The notes under the pieces were generated by a model. It made no database searches. It was not told the origin of the DNA and saw only the letters and a program-made list of their open reading frames with translations. Source: Gemmatimonadota bacterium (GTDB taxonomy: Bacteria; Gemmatimonadota; Gemmatimonadetes; Gemmatimonadales; GWC2-71-9). From it: a DNA stretch of 64,000 nt. The DNA is taken from the NCBI GenBank assembly GCA_039588295.1, contig JBDHAB010000001.1, positions 320,001 to 384,000 of the forward strand, read 5' to 3'. A program made the position numbers and the translations under genes. Positions 1 through 9,998 of this stretch are shown here, piece after piece; positions within the stretch are counted from its first letter, which is position 1, and each line of letters starts with the position of its first letter.

Positions 1-263
1 CGATCGGTATCCTGGAGCGCCTGCCAGGCGGCCTCGTCGCGCGCGACCTCCGGGAAATCCAGCGCGGGAATGCCATCGGGACCGGGCCCGCCGTCGTAGA
101 AGTCGGACTGTGGGATGGTGCATTCGAGCCGTGGAGGTGGCTCGCTGGGGCTTCGTGGAGCCGTCAGGTTGTCCGAACAACCCCACGATCCCGCGAGCAT
201 GCATGCGAACAGGAGGAACAGCAGCTGGTTCCAGCTTCTCGAGGGGGTGCCGCGCGCCGACAT
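1..263 (-). CDS. DUF3179-family lipoprotein, 5' part only (runs off window start)
   Basis: Not in ORF track. Manual translation from ATG 263: MSARGTPSRSWNQLLFLLFACMLAGSWGCSDN...FYDGGPGPDGIPALDFP. Lipobox-like Cys, and GGPxxDGIPAxDxP matches the paralogue at 2476-3591. Confidence 0.75.
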   Translation of the reverse strand, partial: MSARGTPSRSWNQLLFLLFACMLAGSWGCSDNLTAPRSPSEPPPRLECTIPQSDFYDGGPGPDGIPALDFPEVARDEAAWQALQDTD

Positions 264-471
264 AGTGCCTTTGAGAACGCTTGTGACCCTGCAGAGGTTC
301 CCGGGAACCGCCCGGCTAGCCCGCCTGTTCTGTCTATCGCGACCGCAGCCGAGCGATCGGCCGGTTGCGCACGGGCGATCTGGGTATGACCGCGGTGGCC
401 GCCCAACTGGGATTGGCGCATGCCCAGACCCCGTAGTGCAATCACTCATTACCTCTAGAGGAGGAAAGGGC

Positions 472-870
472 ATGTTGAAACGGATCCTCACTGGACTTGG
501 CGTTGCCGCCTGTTTGGCGATCGCACTCCCGGCGGTGGCCCAGGCACAGGAGATGAAGATGGGCCATGCGCCGGAGGGTAAGGAAGCCACGGTGTCCGGC
601 ACGGTGATCGACGTCTCCTGCAAGTTTCGTCACGGTCTTTCCGGCGCCGAGCATCGTATGTGCGCCCAGGTCTGTGCAGACAAGGGTGTACCGCTCGCTA
701 TTCTCACGGACGATGGGAAGCTAGTTGTTCCCGTGAGCGCGGGCATGCCGGGTGGCAATGAGAGCATGCGGCTCAAGGAGTTCGCCGAGCAGCAGGTGAC
801 GGTGACGGGAACGGTTTTCAAAGCCGGTGGCGCTATGGCCATCGAGATCGCCAGCATCAAGAAGTCGTGA
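472..870 (+). CDS. Exported small Cys/His protein (DxxC...HxxCAxxC), unknown function
   Basis: GAGGAAAGG SD-like sequence before ATG 472; signal peptide ending AQA; motif DVSC-x10-HRMCAQVC. Confidence 0.8.
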   Translation: MLKRILTGLGVAACLAIALPAVAQAQEMKMGHAPEGKEATVSGTVIDVSCKFRHGLSGAEHRMCAQVCADKGVPLAILTDDGKLVVPVSAGMPGGNESMRLKEFAEQQVTVTGTVFKAGGAMAIEIASIKKS

Positions 871-2450
871 TCGCCTTCCGCTTGCGCACGGGCCGGGGGA
901 TGCTCCGGCTCGTGTTGCTTCTCGTTGGCGTGCTCGGGGTGGGCGCCCTCATCGTGACGCAAACTGGCGCCGAGGACGCCGGCCGAGGGCCGATCGCGGT
1001 CGCCAACCCCAGTGCTGCAAGTCCCCTGGAATCGGTTGTGGGCACGGTGCGGCATATCCGTCAGGCAGAAGGCCGCGAACTCGTACTGCCCGATACACTT
1101 TGGCCGGAGCGGGCCGCGCAAATGCTGTGGTTCGAAGGTCGCGCGGTGTCGCGGCTGCCCGATGGGGGAGTGGTGACGATGGACGGCAGCGGTGGTGTGA
1201 TCCGGTTCGACGAGCGACTTGGCCCCCACCGACTGCGGCTGGCACTCGAGGGCCGCGTGCCGCTCAGTGTGGCTGCAGCGGCCGATGGCAGCTTGTGGCT
1301 GGTCGACGCCGTCGGAGAAGTCTCGCACGTTGGTGTGGATGGAGATGTCACCCTTGCCGGACACTCACCGTTTGACTACACGTCGATCACGTCGGATCCC
1401 GATGTTGGCGTCTGGCTTGCCCGTTCCACGCAGGCCTTTTCTTATCGTCTGGCGAGCCAACAGGATCCGTTGCTGGTACGGTTGGGCGGGCCCGGTGCCG
1501 ACGTTGACAGCCTTGGGAGCATCCTCCTTCCCGAGCACGTCTTGCTCGCTGAGCTGGCCAACGCCGGCCACGTAGTCGCGGCAGAGGACGCAGTCTACTT
1601 CGCGCCCTTCATTCGCGATGAAGTGCTTGCCCTCTCGCGAGCGGGGGACACACTGTGGATTGCCAGCAGGGGACTTCCGCAAAGCACGCCCGATCCCCGC
1701 TTCGAAATTGGCGACGATGGTCCGCAGATCGATTACGCGCCGGTCAACCTCGGACTCGCCCTCGGCGTGGACGGTGGGTTGTATGTCCTGAGCGTGCCAG
1801 GGTTCACGACGGCGGAGAGTCGAGTCGATGTGTACGATCCGAAAACTGGAGCGCTCGTGCGGACAGCCCGTTTGGATACACCGCTCCCGACGCTGGCGGT
1901 CGACGCCGACGGCCGCGTGTATGAGCTCGACCCGCTCCTGCTGTTGACCGGCATTGCCCCGGAGGAACGAGAGCCCTTCGCACCGTTCGAGCTCGAAAGG
2001 ATCGACGGTGGGCAAATGTCCCTCGAGGAGCTGCACGGGAAGGTGACACTCATCAACTTCTGGGCGAGCTGGTGTGCACCGTGCCGTGTGGAGATGCCAG
2101 CGCTGGATAGCGTGCGACGCTCCATTGCCAATCCCGCGTTCACCTTCATTACGATGAACGAGGACGTGAGGGTCGATGACGCTGCGGCGTTTCTGGAGGA
2201 GCACGGCTTCGATTTTCCGGTATTATTAGGGCGTGGGAAGCTCCGCCAGCAGTATCACTACCTCGGATTGCCGCTCACACTCCTGTTAGATCGGGAGGGT
2301 CGCATCGTGCGGCGCTGGATCGGATTCGCTGGCGAGGAGCAAGTTGCCGAGATCAGGGCGATCGTCGAAGCAGAGTTGGCCCGAGGCGGTGAGATGTCAC
2401 ATGTAGGTCACGAGAGCGGCGAGATGTCTGACGCACCCACGATGCACTAG
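867..2450 (+). CDS. Membrane-anchored beta-propeller-like protein fused to C-terminal TlpA/ResA thioredoxin domain
   Basis: N-terminal TM helix, beta-rich repeats, C-terminal INFWASWCAPC and GLPLTLLLDREG. GTGA overlap with upstream gene. Confidence 0.8.
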   Translation: MIAFRLRTGRGMLRLVLLLVGVLGVGALIVTQTGAEDAGRGPIAVANPSAASPLESVVGTVRHIRQAEGRELVLPDTLWPERAAQMLWFEGRAVSRLPDGGVVTMDGSGGVIRFDERLGPHRLRLALEGRVPLSVAAAADGSLWLVDAVGEVSHVGVDGDVTLAGHSPFDYTSITSDPDVGVWLARSTQAFSYRLASQQDPLLVRLGGPGADVDSLGSILLPEHVLLAELANAGHVVAAEDAVYFAPFIRDEVLALSRAGDTLWIASRGLPQSTPDPRFEIGDDGPQIDYAPVNLGLALGVDGGLYVLSVPGFTTAESRVDVYDPKTGALVRTARLDTPLPTLAVDADGRVYELDPLLLLTGIAPEEREPFAPFELERIDGGQMSLEELHGKVTLINFWASWCAPCRVEMPALDSVRRSIANPAFTFITMNEDVRVDDAAAFLEEHGFDFPVLLGRGKLRQQYHYLGLPLTLLLDREGRIVRRWIGFAGEEQVAEIRAIVEAELARGGEMSHVGHESGEMSDAPTMH

Positions 2451-2475
2451 CGTTGTGTGGCCGTCGCGCGCGCTC

Positions 2476-3591
2476 TCATCGCACGATCCTCGTTTCCGGC
2501 ATGAACACCGCCCAGGCAAACCAGAAGTGGTTGCCGTGCGGGATGGCGTCGAGTTGTGTCCCCAATAGATCACCGTCGATGGCTCTGCCGAGCGCATCCC
2601 AGGTCGATCCCGTTTGGTGGTCCCGGAATCGGCCGTCTCCTACCGACTCGAAACTGAGCACACGAGATCCGACACGGCGATCGAACACCGCGCTGGAACC
2701 GACGTCCCGCCCGTCGGCGATCCGGCTCGCGTCGAGTGCGCTGGCAGTGCCGGGAGCCCACCATACAACCACGGGCACTCCTCCGAGTTGGTCGTTCGTA
2801 ACTCGTGCGCGCGCGAGTGCGCTGAAGGGGTAGGCGGCCGTCTCCCCTCCGACGGTAACAGCCACTACCCGCTCCATAGCCGGTAGCCGCTCGTCGACCT
2901 CGGCCTGAAAGAAGAGCGACATCGGTCGTCCGGTAGGCGAGTCGTACCCTGCGTAGGGATTCCGCCCGTAGCTGCGGCGATGCCCGGTCTTGCGCGACAG
3001 CACCCTGCCTGCGGGGAATCGACGTTTGAAGGTTTCCCAGTTGACGAGCGGGGAGGCAATGAACGTGAGCTGACGGCCCGCGTACTCCCCCACAATTCCC
3101 TCTCCGGTCGCCTGCTGCCACCAGCTCTCGGTTTGACGGTCATACATGACGAGATCGGAATGGCGCAATCGGCCGGTCGTCCCGAAATCCAAGAGGTGGC
3201 CGTCTAGCCGCCGATCGAACGAGAGCGTTGTGTTACAGAGGGGGCAGAAGGTGACGGCTACGGGGACACCGTCGACGACGTCATTGACGATCTCATGCCA
3301 AATGAGGATCTGGAGTGGGTAGGCCTTGACCTCGGCGCCGATGCTGACCACAGCCACGGGCTCCCGGTCGTCCAGCCAACCATCGGCCTGCTGCACCGTC
3401 ACGAAGTCCGGCCGGTCGATGGCCGGGATACCGTCCTTGGGCGGTCCGCCGGAGACGATCTCGTCCAGGGGTACCGTGTGTTTCGAGAAATCCGTACGCC
3501 ATCGACCGTCGAACTGCGCGGCGGCGGGATTGGCCGTGCCAGCCACGAACGCAACGAAGGCGGGGAGGAGCAGACATCTCTCGATACGCAT
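2476..3591 (-). CDS. DUF3179 domain-containing exported protein
   Basis: Signal peptide; SGGPPKDGIPAID, WHEIVND, VTFCPLC, LVMYDRQTESWW and FWFAW motifs. Start could be 3621. Confidence 0.85.
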   Translation of the reverse strand: MRIERCLLLPAFVAFVAGTANPAAAQFDGRWRTDFSKHTVPLDEIVSGGPPKDGIPAIDRPDFVTVQQADGWLDDREPVAVVSIGAEVKAYPLQILIWHEIVNDVVDGVPVAVTFCPLCNTTLSFDRRLDGHLLDFGTTGRLRHSDLVMYDRQTESWWQQATGEGIVGEYAGRQLTFIASPLVNWETFKRRFPAGRVLSRKTGHRRSYGRNPYAGYDSPTGRPMSLFFQAEVDERLPAMERVVAVTVGGETAAYPFSALARARVTNDQLGGVPVVVWWAPGTASALDASRIADGRDVGSSAVFDRRVGSRVLSFESVGDGRFRDHQTGSTWDALGRAIDGDLLGTQLDAIPHGNHFWFAWAVFMPETRIVR

Positions 3592-3678
3592 GGGCGAAGC
3601 TCCGGTCGAGACGAGCGGCATCTCCTAGAGAAACGGTGACGCCGCGTGTGGAGTTCCGAACCGGCGGATCCGAATGTG

Positions 3679-5487
3679 CTAGGGCGCCTGGTCGACGGGT
3701 TTCACCATGGAGATCAGCGTGAAGCCTGGCTTGGGGCTCGGAGGATTGAGTACTGTAAACGGCACGACCTCACCCGATTCCTTGATGGCGAACATCGGGA
3801 CCGCGGTTTCGCCGTAGCGATGCTTGAAGGCGTCGAAATCGAACTCGGCGGTCAGTAAATTCCGCTTGATTACTGCTCCGGCCTGGAATCTCGTGCTCAG
3901 CACGCTGTGAGTGACACCGCGGCTGAAGAGGAAGCGACCACGAAGGTGCTGGGGGATGCCCCGTTGTCGCTGCTCGCGCTCCGTCGCGTGGGGCGGCAGT
4001 TGGTAAATGTGTGAGCGGTCAAACAGATCGCCGAAGTGCAGGCTGGAAAGCGCATTTACTTCGTCGTTGGGGGTGAGGGCGAGAAGACGGCCAACGCCGT
4101 CGAGCTCGAGCTCGATCTCATCCAGTGCACCCTCGGTCAAGACGTTGGTGTAGAACGCCCGAAGGCCCCGGCGACGGGCGGCAGTCACGTTGAGCCAGCT
4201 CGAGTCCGCGATGATGACCTTGATGTTGCGGTCTTTGAGCAGTGCTGCGACGTCCTGCACCCAGGGTGCCCCGCCGATCAGCAGCATCCCTTGGGGGTTC
4301 GGAGTGGCCACGCTGAGCCAGCGGGCGAGGAGTGGTGAGAAGATCCCGTACGCGGCGACCGTCCCCACGATCACGAGGAACATCAGCGGCACGAGCCGTT
4401 CGGCGCCCGCATAGCCGCTGTCCGCCAGCTCGAGTGCGAAGAGTGAGGCAACGGCGGCTGCCACGATACCCCGTGGGGCTATTCCTGCGAGAAACAGCCG
4501 TTCATTCCAATCGAGCTTCGTTCGGGCGGTCGCGACACCAACGGAGACCGGGCGGACCACGAAGATGAGTACCGCAAGAAAGGCGAGGCTTCCGGCGCTC
4601 CAGTAGTCAGGGTCGCGCAGCGGGAGGCGCGCGGCGAGCACGATGAACAACGCCGAGATGAGCAGCACCCGGAGGTTCTCCTTGAACTCCACGATGTGCC
4701 GTATGCTCACCCATTTCTGGCTGGCCAGCGCCGCTCCCATCACGGTCACGGCGAGCAGACCGGACTCCGCTTGGATCTGGTTTGAGAGCGCGAAGGCCAG
4801 GATCACCAATCCAACGGCCATCGGGTTCTGCAGGTAATCGGGAATCCAATAGCGCTTGAGCAGCATCACGATGGACCCGGCGGCGAGGAGGCCGAGCCCA
4901 CCCCCCACGAAGGTTGCTTTGAGCATGCCCATGAGTGCGACCGTGAGCCCCGCCTCGAATCCACCGGCCACGATGGCCTCGAACACGAGCACGGCCAGGA
5001 TGGCTCCGATGGGATCGTTGACGATGCCTTCCCACTTGACCGCCGATCCGACACGGGCATTGGGTCGAATGTGTCGCAGAAGTGGCACGATCACTGTGGG
5101 GCCGGTTACGACGAGGATGGCGCCGAACAGGACTGAAAGGGCGAGGTCGAGATCGAGGAGCACGTAGGCGAAGGTCGTGGTGAGCAGCCAGGTTACGACG
5201 ACGCCAACCGTCATCAGGTTCCGTACGACGCGCCCGATGACCCGCAGCTCGGCGATGTCGAGCGAGAGCCCCCCCTCGAACAAGATGATTGCGACCGACA
5301 ACGAGACGATCGGAAACAGCAAGTCTCCGAGCAGCGCATCTGGCTCGAGAAACCCGACGACCGGACCTGCCAAGAACCCGACGAGAAGCAGGAACAAGAT
5401 CGAGGGAAGCTTGATGCGCCACGAGAGCCATTGAGCGGCAATCCCTAGGACAATGATGGATGCGAGTCCGACCAGAATGTGTTCCAA
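3679..5487 (-). CDS. CPA1/NhaP-type cation:proton antiporter with C-terminal RCK/TrkA-N-like domain
   Basis: About 12 TM helices, ILFEGGL, TGPTVI, WEGIVNDP, APRGIVAAA. TTG start preceded by GAGGT. Confidence 0.9.
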   Translation of the reverse strand: MEHILVGLASIIVLGIAAQWLSWRIKLPSILFLLLVGFLAGPVVGFLEPDALLGDLLFPIVSLSVAIILFEGGLSLDIAELRVIGRVVRNLMTVGVVVTWLLTTTFAYVLLDLDLALSVLFGAILVVTGPTVIVPLLRHIRPNARVGSAVKWEGIVNDPIGAILAVLVFEAIVAGGFEAGLTVALMGMLKATFVGGGLGLLAAGSIVMLLKRYWIPDYLQNPMAVGLVILAFALSNQIQAESGLLAVTVMGAALASQKWVSIRHIVEFKENLRVLLISALFIVLAARLPLRDPDYWSAGSLAFLAVLIFVVRPVSVGVATARTKLDWNERLFLAGIAPRGIVAAAVASLFALELADSGYAGAERLVPLMFLVIVGTVAAYGIFSPLLARWLSVATPNPQGMLLIGGAPWVQDVAALLKDRNIKVIIADSSWLNVTAARRRGLRAFYTNVLTEGALDEIELELDGVGRLLALTPNDEVNALSSLHFGDLFDRSHIYQLPPHATEREQRQRGIPQHLRGRFLFSRGVTHSVLSTRFQAGAVIKRNLLTAEFDFDAFKHRYGETAVPMFAIKESGEVVPFTVLNPPSPKPGFTLISMVKPVDQAP

Positions 5488-5706
5488 GGTCTACCTCAGT
5501 GATCACGCAGGCGCGAACGGCGACTCGTCGCCGACGGCGCGACACGATTGACTCAGCGAGCTGGCTTCGACGCTCAGGAATCCGATTCCAGAGAGTACGA
5601 CGGCAGGATCACTCGGGGAGTGCCCAGCGGGACCCGAGGTAGCTGCCCCGGCCTTGAGGCCCGCGCGATGCTCCCGTCGGAGGTTGACGGCAATGGTCGC
5701 CATGTT

Positions 5707-6174
5707 TCAGAACGCGGGTCCGGCGCCCACGTCTCCTCCCGCGACCGCCACGATGCCATCACAGCGGGCACACACGATCCCCCGCTCATCTTTGAGCTCG
5801 GCTGCGGAGAACACGAGGGTCTTGCCGGTCCGCACCGGCCAGCCTAGGACCTCGAACCATTGGCCTTCGACCGGTCGCAGAAACTGAATGCTCAGTTGTG
5901 CGACCCCCGCTCGGCGGCCGGCGGTCTGGAGATAGCCCGACAGGCCGATGACGAGATCGAAGAGCCCGGCGATTACCGCCCCGTTGACCGCCTCGGTGCC
6001 CAACCCGCCGCGGTGTTCCGGCTGAATCGGATCGACCATGGTCCGAACCACGCCTGGGTTGGAGAGATCCAGCTGCGCACCCATGTGCCGCATACCCGGG
6101 TGCTCGTTCCACTCGGCCTGGAATGCCTCGAGCCGCTCCGCGTCCAGTTTTGGCAGTATGCGGGGTGTCGACAT
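5707..6174 (-). CDS. PaaI-family hotdog thioesterase
   Basis: NGAVIAGLFD, LSIQFLRP and RTGKTLVF patterns; ATG 6174 lies downstream of the SDR stop. Confidence 0.8.
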   Translation of the reverse strand: MSTPRILPKLDAERLEAFQAEWNEHPGMRHMGAQLDLSNPGVVRTMVDPIQPEHRGGLGTEAVNGAVIAGLFDLVIGLSGYLQTAGRRAGVAQLSIQFLRPVEGQWFEVLGWPVRTGKTLVFSAAELKDERGIVCARCDGIVAVAGGDVGAGPAF

Positions 6175-6191
6175 GTGCGCTCGTCCGGTGA

Positions 6192-7001
6192 CTACGTGTT
6201 GGCCAGTGAACTGCCCCCGTCCACCACCATAATGGCGCCGGTGATCCATGAACCGGCGGGGCTACTCAGGTACACTACCAAGTTGCCGATGTCTTCGGGG
6301 GTTCCCCAACGGCCGAGGGGGATTCTTCTCCGCATCAACTCGTCGATCGCCTGCGTGTCTTGGCCGCCGACGGCGAATGCCTGCTGCGCACCTTCCGTCG
6401 GAACCGGGCCCGGTGCGATGGCGTTCACGGTGATGTTGGCCGGGGCCCACTCGAGCGCCAGCGTTCGCGTAAGAGCGTCCACGCCGGCCTTCGCGGCCGT
6501 CGCGTGCGCCATCTGCGGCCAGCCGCGATAATGCAACGTCATCGAGATCGATATGATGCGGCCGCCGCCCTGCTTCACCATGGTGGGGTAGACCGCCTGC
6601 GAGCAGAAGAACGTGCCGTATAGATCGGTCTCTACGACGGCACGCCAGCCATTCGGTGAGAGCTCTGCGGAGGGAGCGTAGAAGTTGCCGGCGGCATTAT
6701 TGACCAGGACATCGAGTCGCCCCAGTTGGTCAGCGGCACGAGACACCATGGTGTCTACGGATTCCGGATCTCGCACATTTACCGTGAAGGAATGAACTGC
6801 CGTTCCGAAAGCGCGGAGCCGCTGGACCGCCGGCACAAGATGCTCGGGCTTTCGGCTTGCGATCACCACCGCGGCACCGGCGCGTGCGAGACACTCGGCG
6901 ATGCCGAGACCGATACCGGTACCCCCTCCCGTCACGAGCGCCACACGGCCAGTCAGCATGTCGCTCGGAAAGACGGCTTCTGGTTCAGGACTCGTGCTCA
7001 T
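6192..7001 (-). CDS. SDR oxidoreductase, 2,4-dienoyl-CoA reductase-like
   Basis: TGGGTGIG, NNAAGNF, ELSPNGWRAVV, HATAAKAG, NAIAPGP. Confidence 0.85.
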   Translation of the reverse strand: MSTSPEPEAVFPSDMLTGRVALVTGGGTGIGLGIAECLARAGAAVVIASRKPEHLVPAVQRLRAFGTAVHSFTVNVRDPESVDTMVSRAADQLGRLDVLVNNAAGNFYAPSAELSPNGWRAVVETDLYGTFFCSQAVYPTMVKQGGGRIISISMTLHYRGWPQMAHATAAKAGVDALTRTLALEWAPANITVNAIAPGPVPTEGAQQAFAVGGQDTQAIDELMRRRIPLGRWGTPEDIGNLVVYLSSPAGSWITGAIMVVDGGSSLANT

Positions 7002-7177
7002 GTCGCGCCTTGGCGCCGCAGTTGTAGGAAGGATGCGGGAATGCTCGTGAGTCTCAATGTGCCACCGAGGCTGGGGTTGCGAGGTTGGTCATGGCGGCCG
7101 AGTATGTTGTCTTGGGACTCCGGACGCAAGCGGGGTGCGGCCAACGACACCAGGACTCTCTTCGAGAGGAGCGCGGT

Positions 7178-7393
7178 ATGCAGTTCATCAACGAGGCCAC
7201 GTGGGACCGGGTACTGCGTGTCATCGCCGGCATCGTGTTGCTGTACCTTGGCTGGGCTGGGGTGGTAACTGGAACGCTGGGCACCGTATTCAAATTCGTG
7301 GGATTCCTCCCGCTCGTCACTGGGCTTGTAGGGTGGTGCCCTGCGTACGCCGTGTGCCGCACGCGCACGAATAAGACACCATCGGCGCCGTGA
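7178..7393 (+). CDS. DUF2892/YgaP-like small membrane protein
   Basis: AGAGGAG SD; NExxxDRxxR, two TM helices, TGLVGWCPAY. Confidence 0.85.
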   Translation: MQFINEATWDRVLRVIAGIVLLYLGWAGVVTGTLGTVFKFVGFLPLVTGLVGWCPAYAVCRTRTNKTPSAP

Positions 7394-7605
7394 CGGCGGA
7401 GGAGTTTCGCCAGCGGCTGCACACGTCCCGGCGCCAATCCTCGACCCGCTGGGCAGGGAGTTCTCCGGCCGCGTCGCCCTCCTCAGGGGGTTCCACAACC
7501 TGCTCGTCTCTTCCCGCCTCCGCTCCCCGCGATAGCTTATCTCGCATCCGGTGATGCGGTGGCCGCTCATGCGCGCCGTGGGGGAACGCGAGGAGAGCAG
7601 AAGCT

Positions 7606-8973
7606 ATGGCGATCGAAACGATCAACCCGGTAACCGGCGAGACACTCGCGACCTATCGTGAGACCTCCCGCGCGGAGCTGAAACTGATCCTCGAAAGCTC
7701 GGACCAGGCGTTCGAGTCTTGGCGGGGGACCGACTTCCACCATCGAGGGGAGCGAATGAGTCGAGCGGCTGCGCTGCTCCGCGAGCGGCGGGAGGAGTAT
7801 GCCGCACTGATGGCGACCGAGATGGGAAAGCCGGTGTTGCAGGGAAGCGCCGAGGTGGAGAAGTGCGCATGGGTGTGTGACTACTATGCTGAGCACGCGG
7901 AGCGCTTTTTGGCTGCGGAAGCGGTGGACAGTGATGCCTCGAGGAGTTACGTGGCGTATCAGCCGCTCGGCGTAATCTTGGCCGTCATGCCGTGGAACTT
8001 CCCATTCTGGCAGGTATTCAGGTTTGCCGCGCCCAGTCTGATGGCAGGCAATACGGCCGTGCTCAAGCACGCGTCGAACGTGATGGGCTGCGCGCTGGCG
8101 ATCGAGTCGGTGTTTCAAGAATCGGGATTCCCTGAAGACGTGTTTCGAACGCTGGTAATCGAATCGAACCGGGTGCGTGAGGTGATTCACTCGCCGCTCG
8201 TCAGGGCCGTAACACTCACCGGCAGCGGTCCGGCAGGGCGGGCCGTGGGAGCGGCGGCGGGTGCGGAGCTCAAGAAGACGGTCCTGGAATTGGGTGGTAG
8301 CGACCCGTACATCGTGCTGGAGGACGCAGACCTGGACGTGGCCGTGCCCGCGTGTGTGGACTCTCGTCTCATCAACAGTGGCCAGAGCTGTATTGCCGCA
8401 AAGCGGTTCGTCGTTGTCGACCCGGTGCGTGACGAGTTCGAGGATCGATACGTCACCCACATGATGACCAAGAAGATGGGCGATCCGCTCGACGAAGCAG
8501 TCGACGTGGGTCCGCAGGCCCGGGCCGACCTGCGAGACGAGCTCCACCAACAGGTCATGCGATCGATTCGGCAGGGTGCGCGAGCGGTTCTGGGGGCCTC
8601 GATGCCGGAAGGCCCGGGAGCGTTCTACCCGCCGACGGTGCTCACCGACGTCCGCCCCGGCATGCCGGCGTACGAGGAGGAGCTCTTCGGTCCGGTCGCC
8701 GCAATCATCGCTGCTCGTGACGAGGCTGAAGCGATTCGGGTAGCGAACGATACGCCGTTCGGCCTGGGTGCCGCGGTCTTCACGCGAGATGTGGAGCGTG
8801 GAGAGCGCATCGCCGTCCAGGAGCTGGCGGCGGGATCGTGCTTCGTGAACGCCGTTGTGAAGTCCGACCCACGCCTGCCGTTTGGTGGCATCAAGGAGTC
8901 AGGCTATGGGCGGGAACTCGCAGTCTTCGGCATTCGCGAATTCGTGAACGTCAAGACCGTCTACGTAGGCTGA
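7606..8973 (+). CDS. NAD(P)-dependent succinate-semialdehyde dehydrogenase (Sad/GabD1-like ALDH)
   Basis: MPWNFPFWQ, LELGGSDP, NSGQSCIAAKR, EELFGP, PFGGIKESGYGREL. Confidence 0.9.
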   Translation: MAIETINPVTGETLATYRETSRAELKLILESSDQAFESWRGTDFHHRGERMSRAAALLRERREEYAALMATEMGKPVLQGSAEVEKCAWVCDYYAEHAERFLAAEAVDSDASRSYVAYQPLGVILAVMPWNFPFWQVFRFAAPSLMAGNTAVLKHASNVMGCALAIESVFQESGFPEDVFRTLVIESNRVREVIHSPLVRAVTLTGSGPAGRAVGAAAGAELKKTVLELGGSDPYIVLEDADLDVAVPACVDSRLINSGQSCIAAKRFVVVDPVRDEFEDRYVTHMMTKKMGDPLDEAVDVGPQARADLRDELHQQVMRSIRQGARAVLGASMPEGPGAFYPPTVLTDVRPGMPAYEEELFGPVAAIIAARDEAEAIRVANDTPFGLGAAVFTRDVERGERIAVQELAAGSCFVNAVVKSDPRLPFGGIKESGYGRELAVFGIREFVNVKTVYVG

Positions 8974-8987
8974 GGGTCCAAGGACAA

Positions 8988-9701
8988 TCACGGATTCGTC
9001 GGACGGATGTCCAGCTCCGAGAGCAGCGCTCGCTCCGGCAGGGTCAGTGCCGCCAACACAGTGTCCGCGACGTCCTCAGCCTGCAGCTTGTGCTCCGGGT
9101 GCTCGATGGCGGTGCCTGCCTTTTCAAAGAACGGTGTGACGACCGATCCAGGGCAGATCGTGGTCACCCGAATTCCGTGTTTGCGGACCTCTCCGAAGAG
9201 CGACTTGGAGAACCCGAGGACCGCATGTTTCGCCGCCGCATACGCAGCAGCACCCGGCACGGGGTTTCGTCCGGCGAGACTGGAGACGTTGATGATGTGG
9301 CCGCGACCGCGTTCCTTCATATGGGGCAGGAAGGCGCGGGTCATGAGAAACACGCCTCGGACGTTCACCGCCATGGTCTCATCGAATGCCGCGACCGATG
9401 TCTCATCGACCGGGGCGAAGTGCGCGAGGCCTGCGTTGTTGACCAGCACGTCGACCGCCTCGAACGTCTCCAGCGCGAAGCCGCAGAACGCCGCAACGTC
9501 CGGCTCACTGGAGACGTCACATGGCCGGCCCGCGGCCGACACGCCATCTGCGGTGAGCTGCGCCACGAGATGCTCCACGCGCTCCGGCGTTCGGGCGCAC
9601 ACCGCGAGCTTTGCGCCCCGACTCGCCAGGCGCCGGGTGATGGCGTGACCGATGCCCTCGGTCGCACCCGTGACGACACACACGCGATCCCGCAAATCCA
9701 T
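8988..9701 (-). CDS. SDR family oxidoreductase
   Basis: TGATEGIG, NNAG, YAAAK catalytic motif; start trimmed to ATG 9701. Confidence 0.9.
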   Translation of the reverse strand: MDLRDRVCVVTGATEGIGHAITRRLASRGAKLAVCARTPERVEHLVAQLTADGVSAAGRPCDVSSEPDVAAFCGFALETFEAVDVLVNNAGLAHFAPVDETSVAAFDETMAVNVRGVFLMTRAFLPHMKERGRGHIINVSSLAGRNPVPGAAAYAAAKHAVLGFSKSLFGEVRKHGIRVTTICPGSVVTPFFEKAGTAIEHPEHKLQAEDVADTVLAALTLPERALLSELDIRPTNP

Positions 9702-9998
9702 CGAAACCAAAAGTAATCCGGAACGCCTCGGCTTGAAGGAACGACGGGTGGAGGCGGGCGGTGCGCGGAGGAGTCGACGAGGCTCAAATCCAAGTGCGGC
9801 AGCGGGATAGCCCATCGCGATCGCCGATCCCGAGGTCTTCTGACATGCCAGCTGAGCCGGCACGGTTGGCCCGCCACTGGCTGCGGCAGCGGTCCATCCA
9901 CTACGAGCCGCAGAGACACCCGAAGGTGGGTCGGAACGGGGTTGCGGGTGGGGTTCTCCCGCGACATGTTCCGGGTCCCGCAAGAGGGAGGTGTGACC

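Noticed and set aside
5503..5703. 66-aa minus-strand ORF between the thioesterase and antiporter genes
   Set aside because: No SD, no recognisable motif and atypical composition; treated as intergenic.
9702..9998. About 300-nt spacer before the EF-G paralogue as a possible ncRNA or riboswitch
   Set aside because: Only short GC stems and no recognisable family motif; consistent with divergent promoters.
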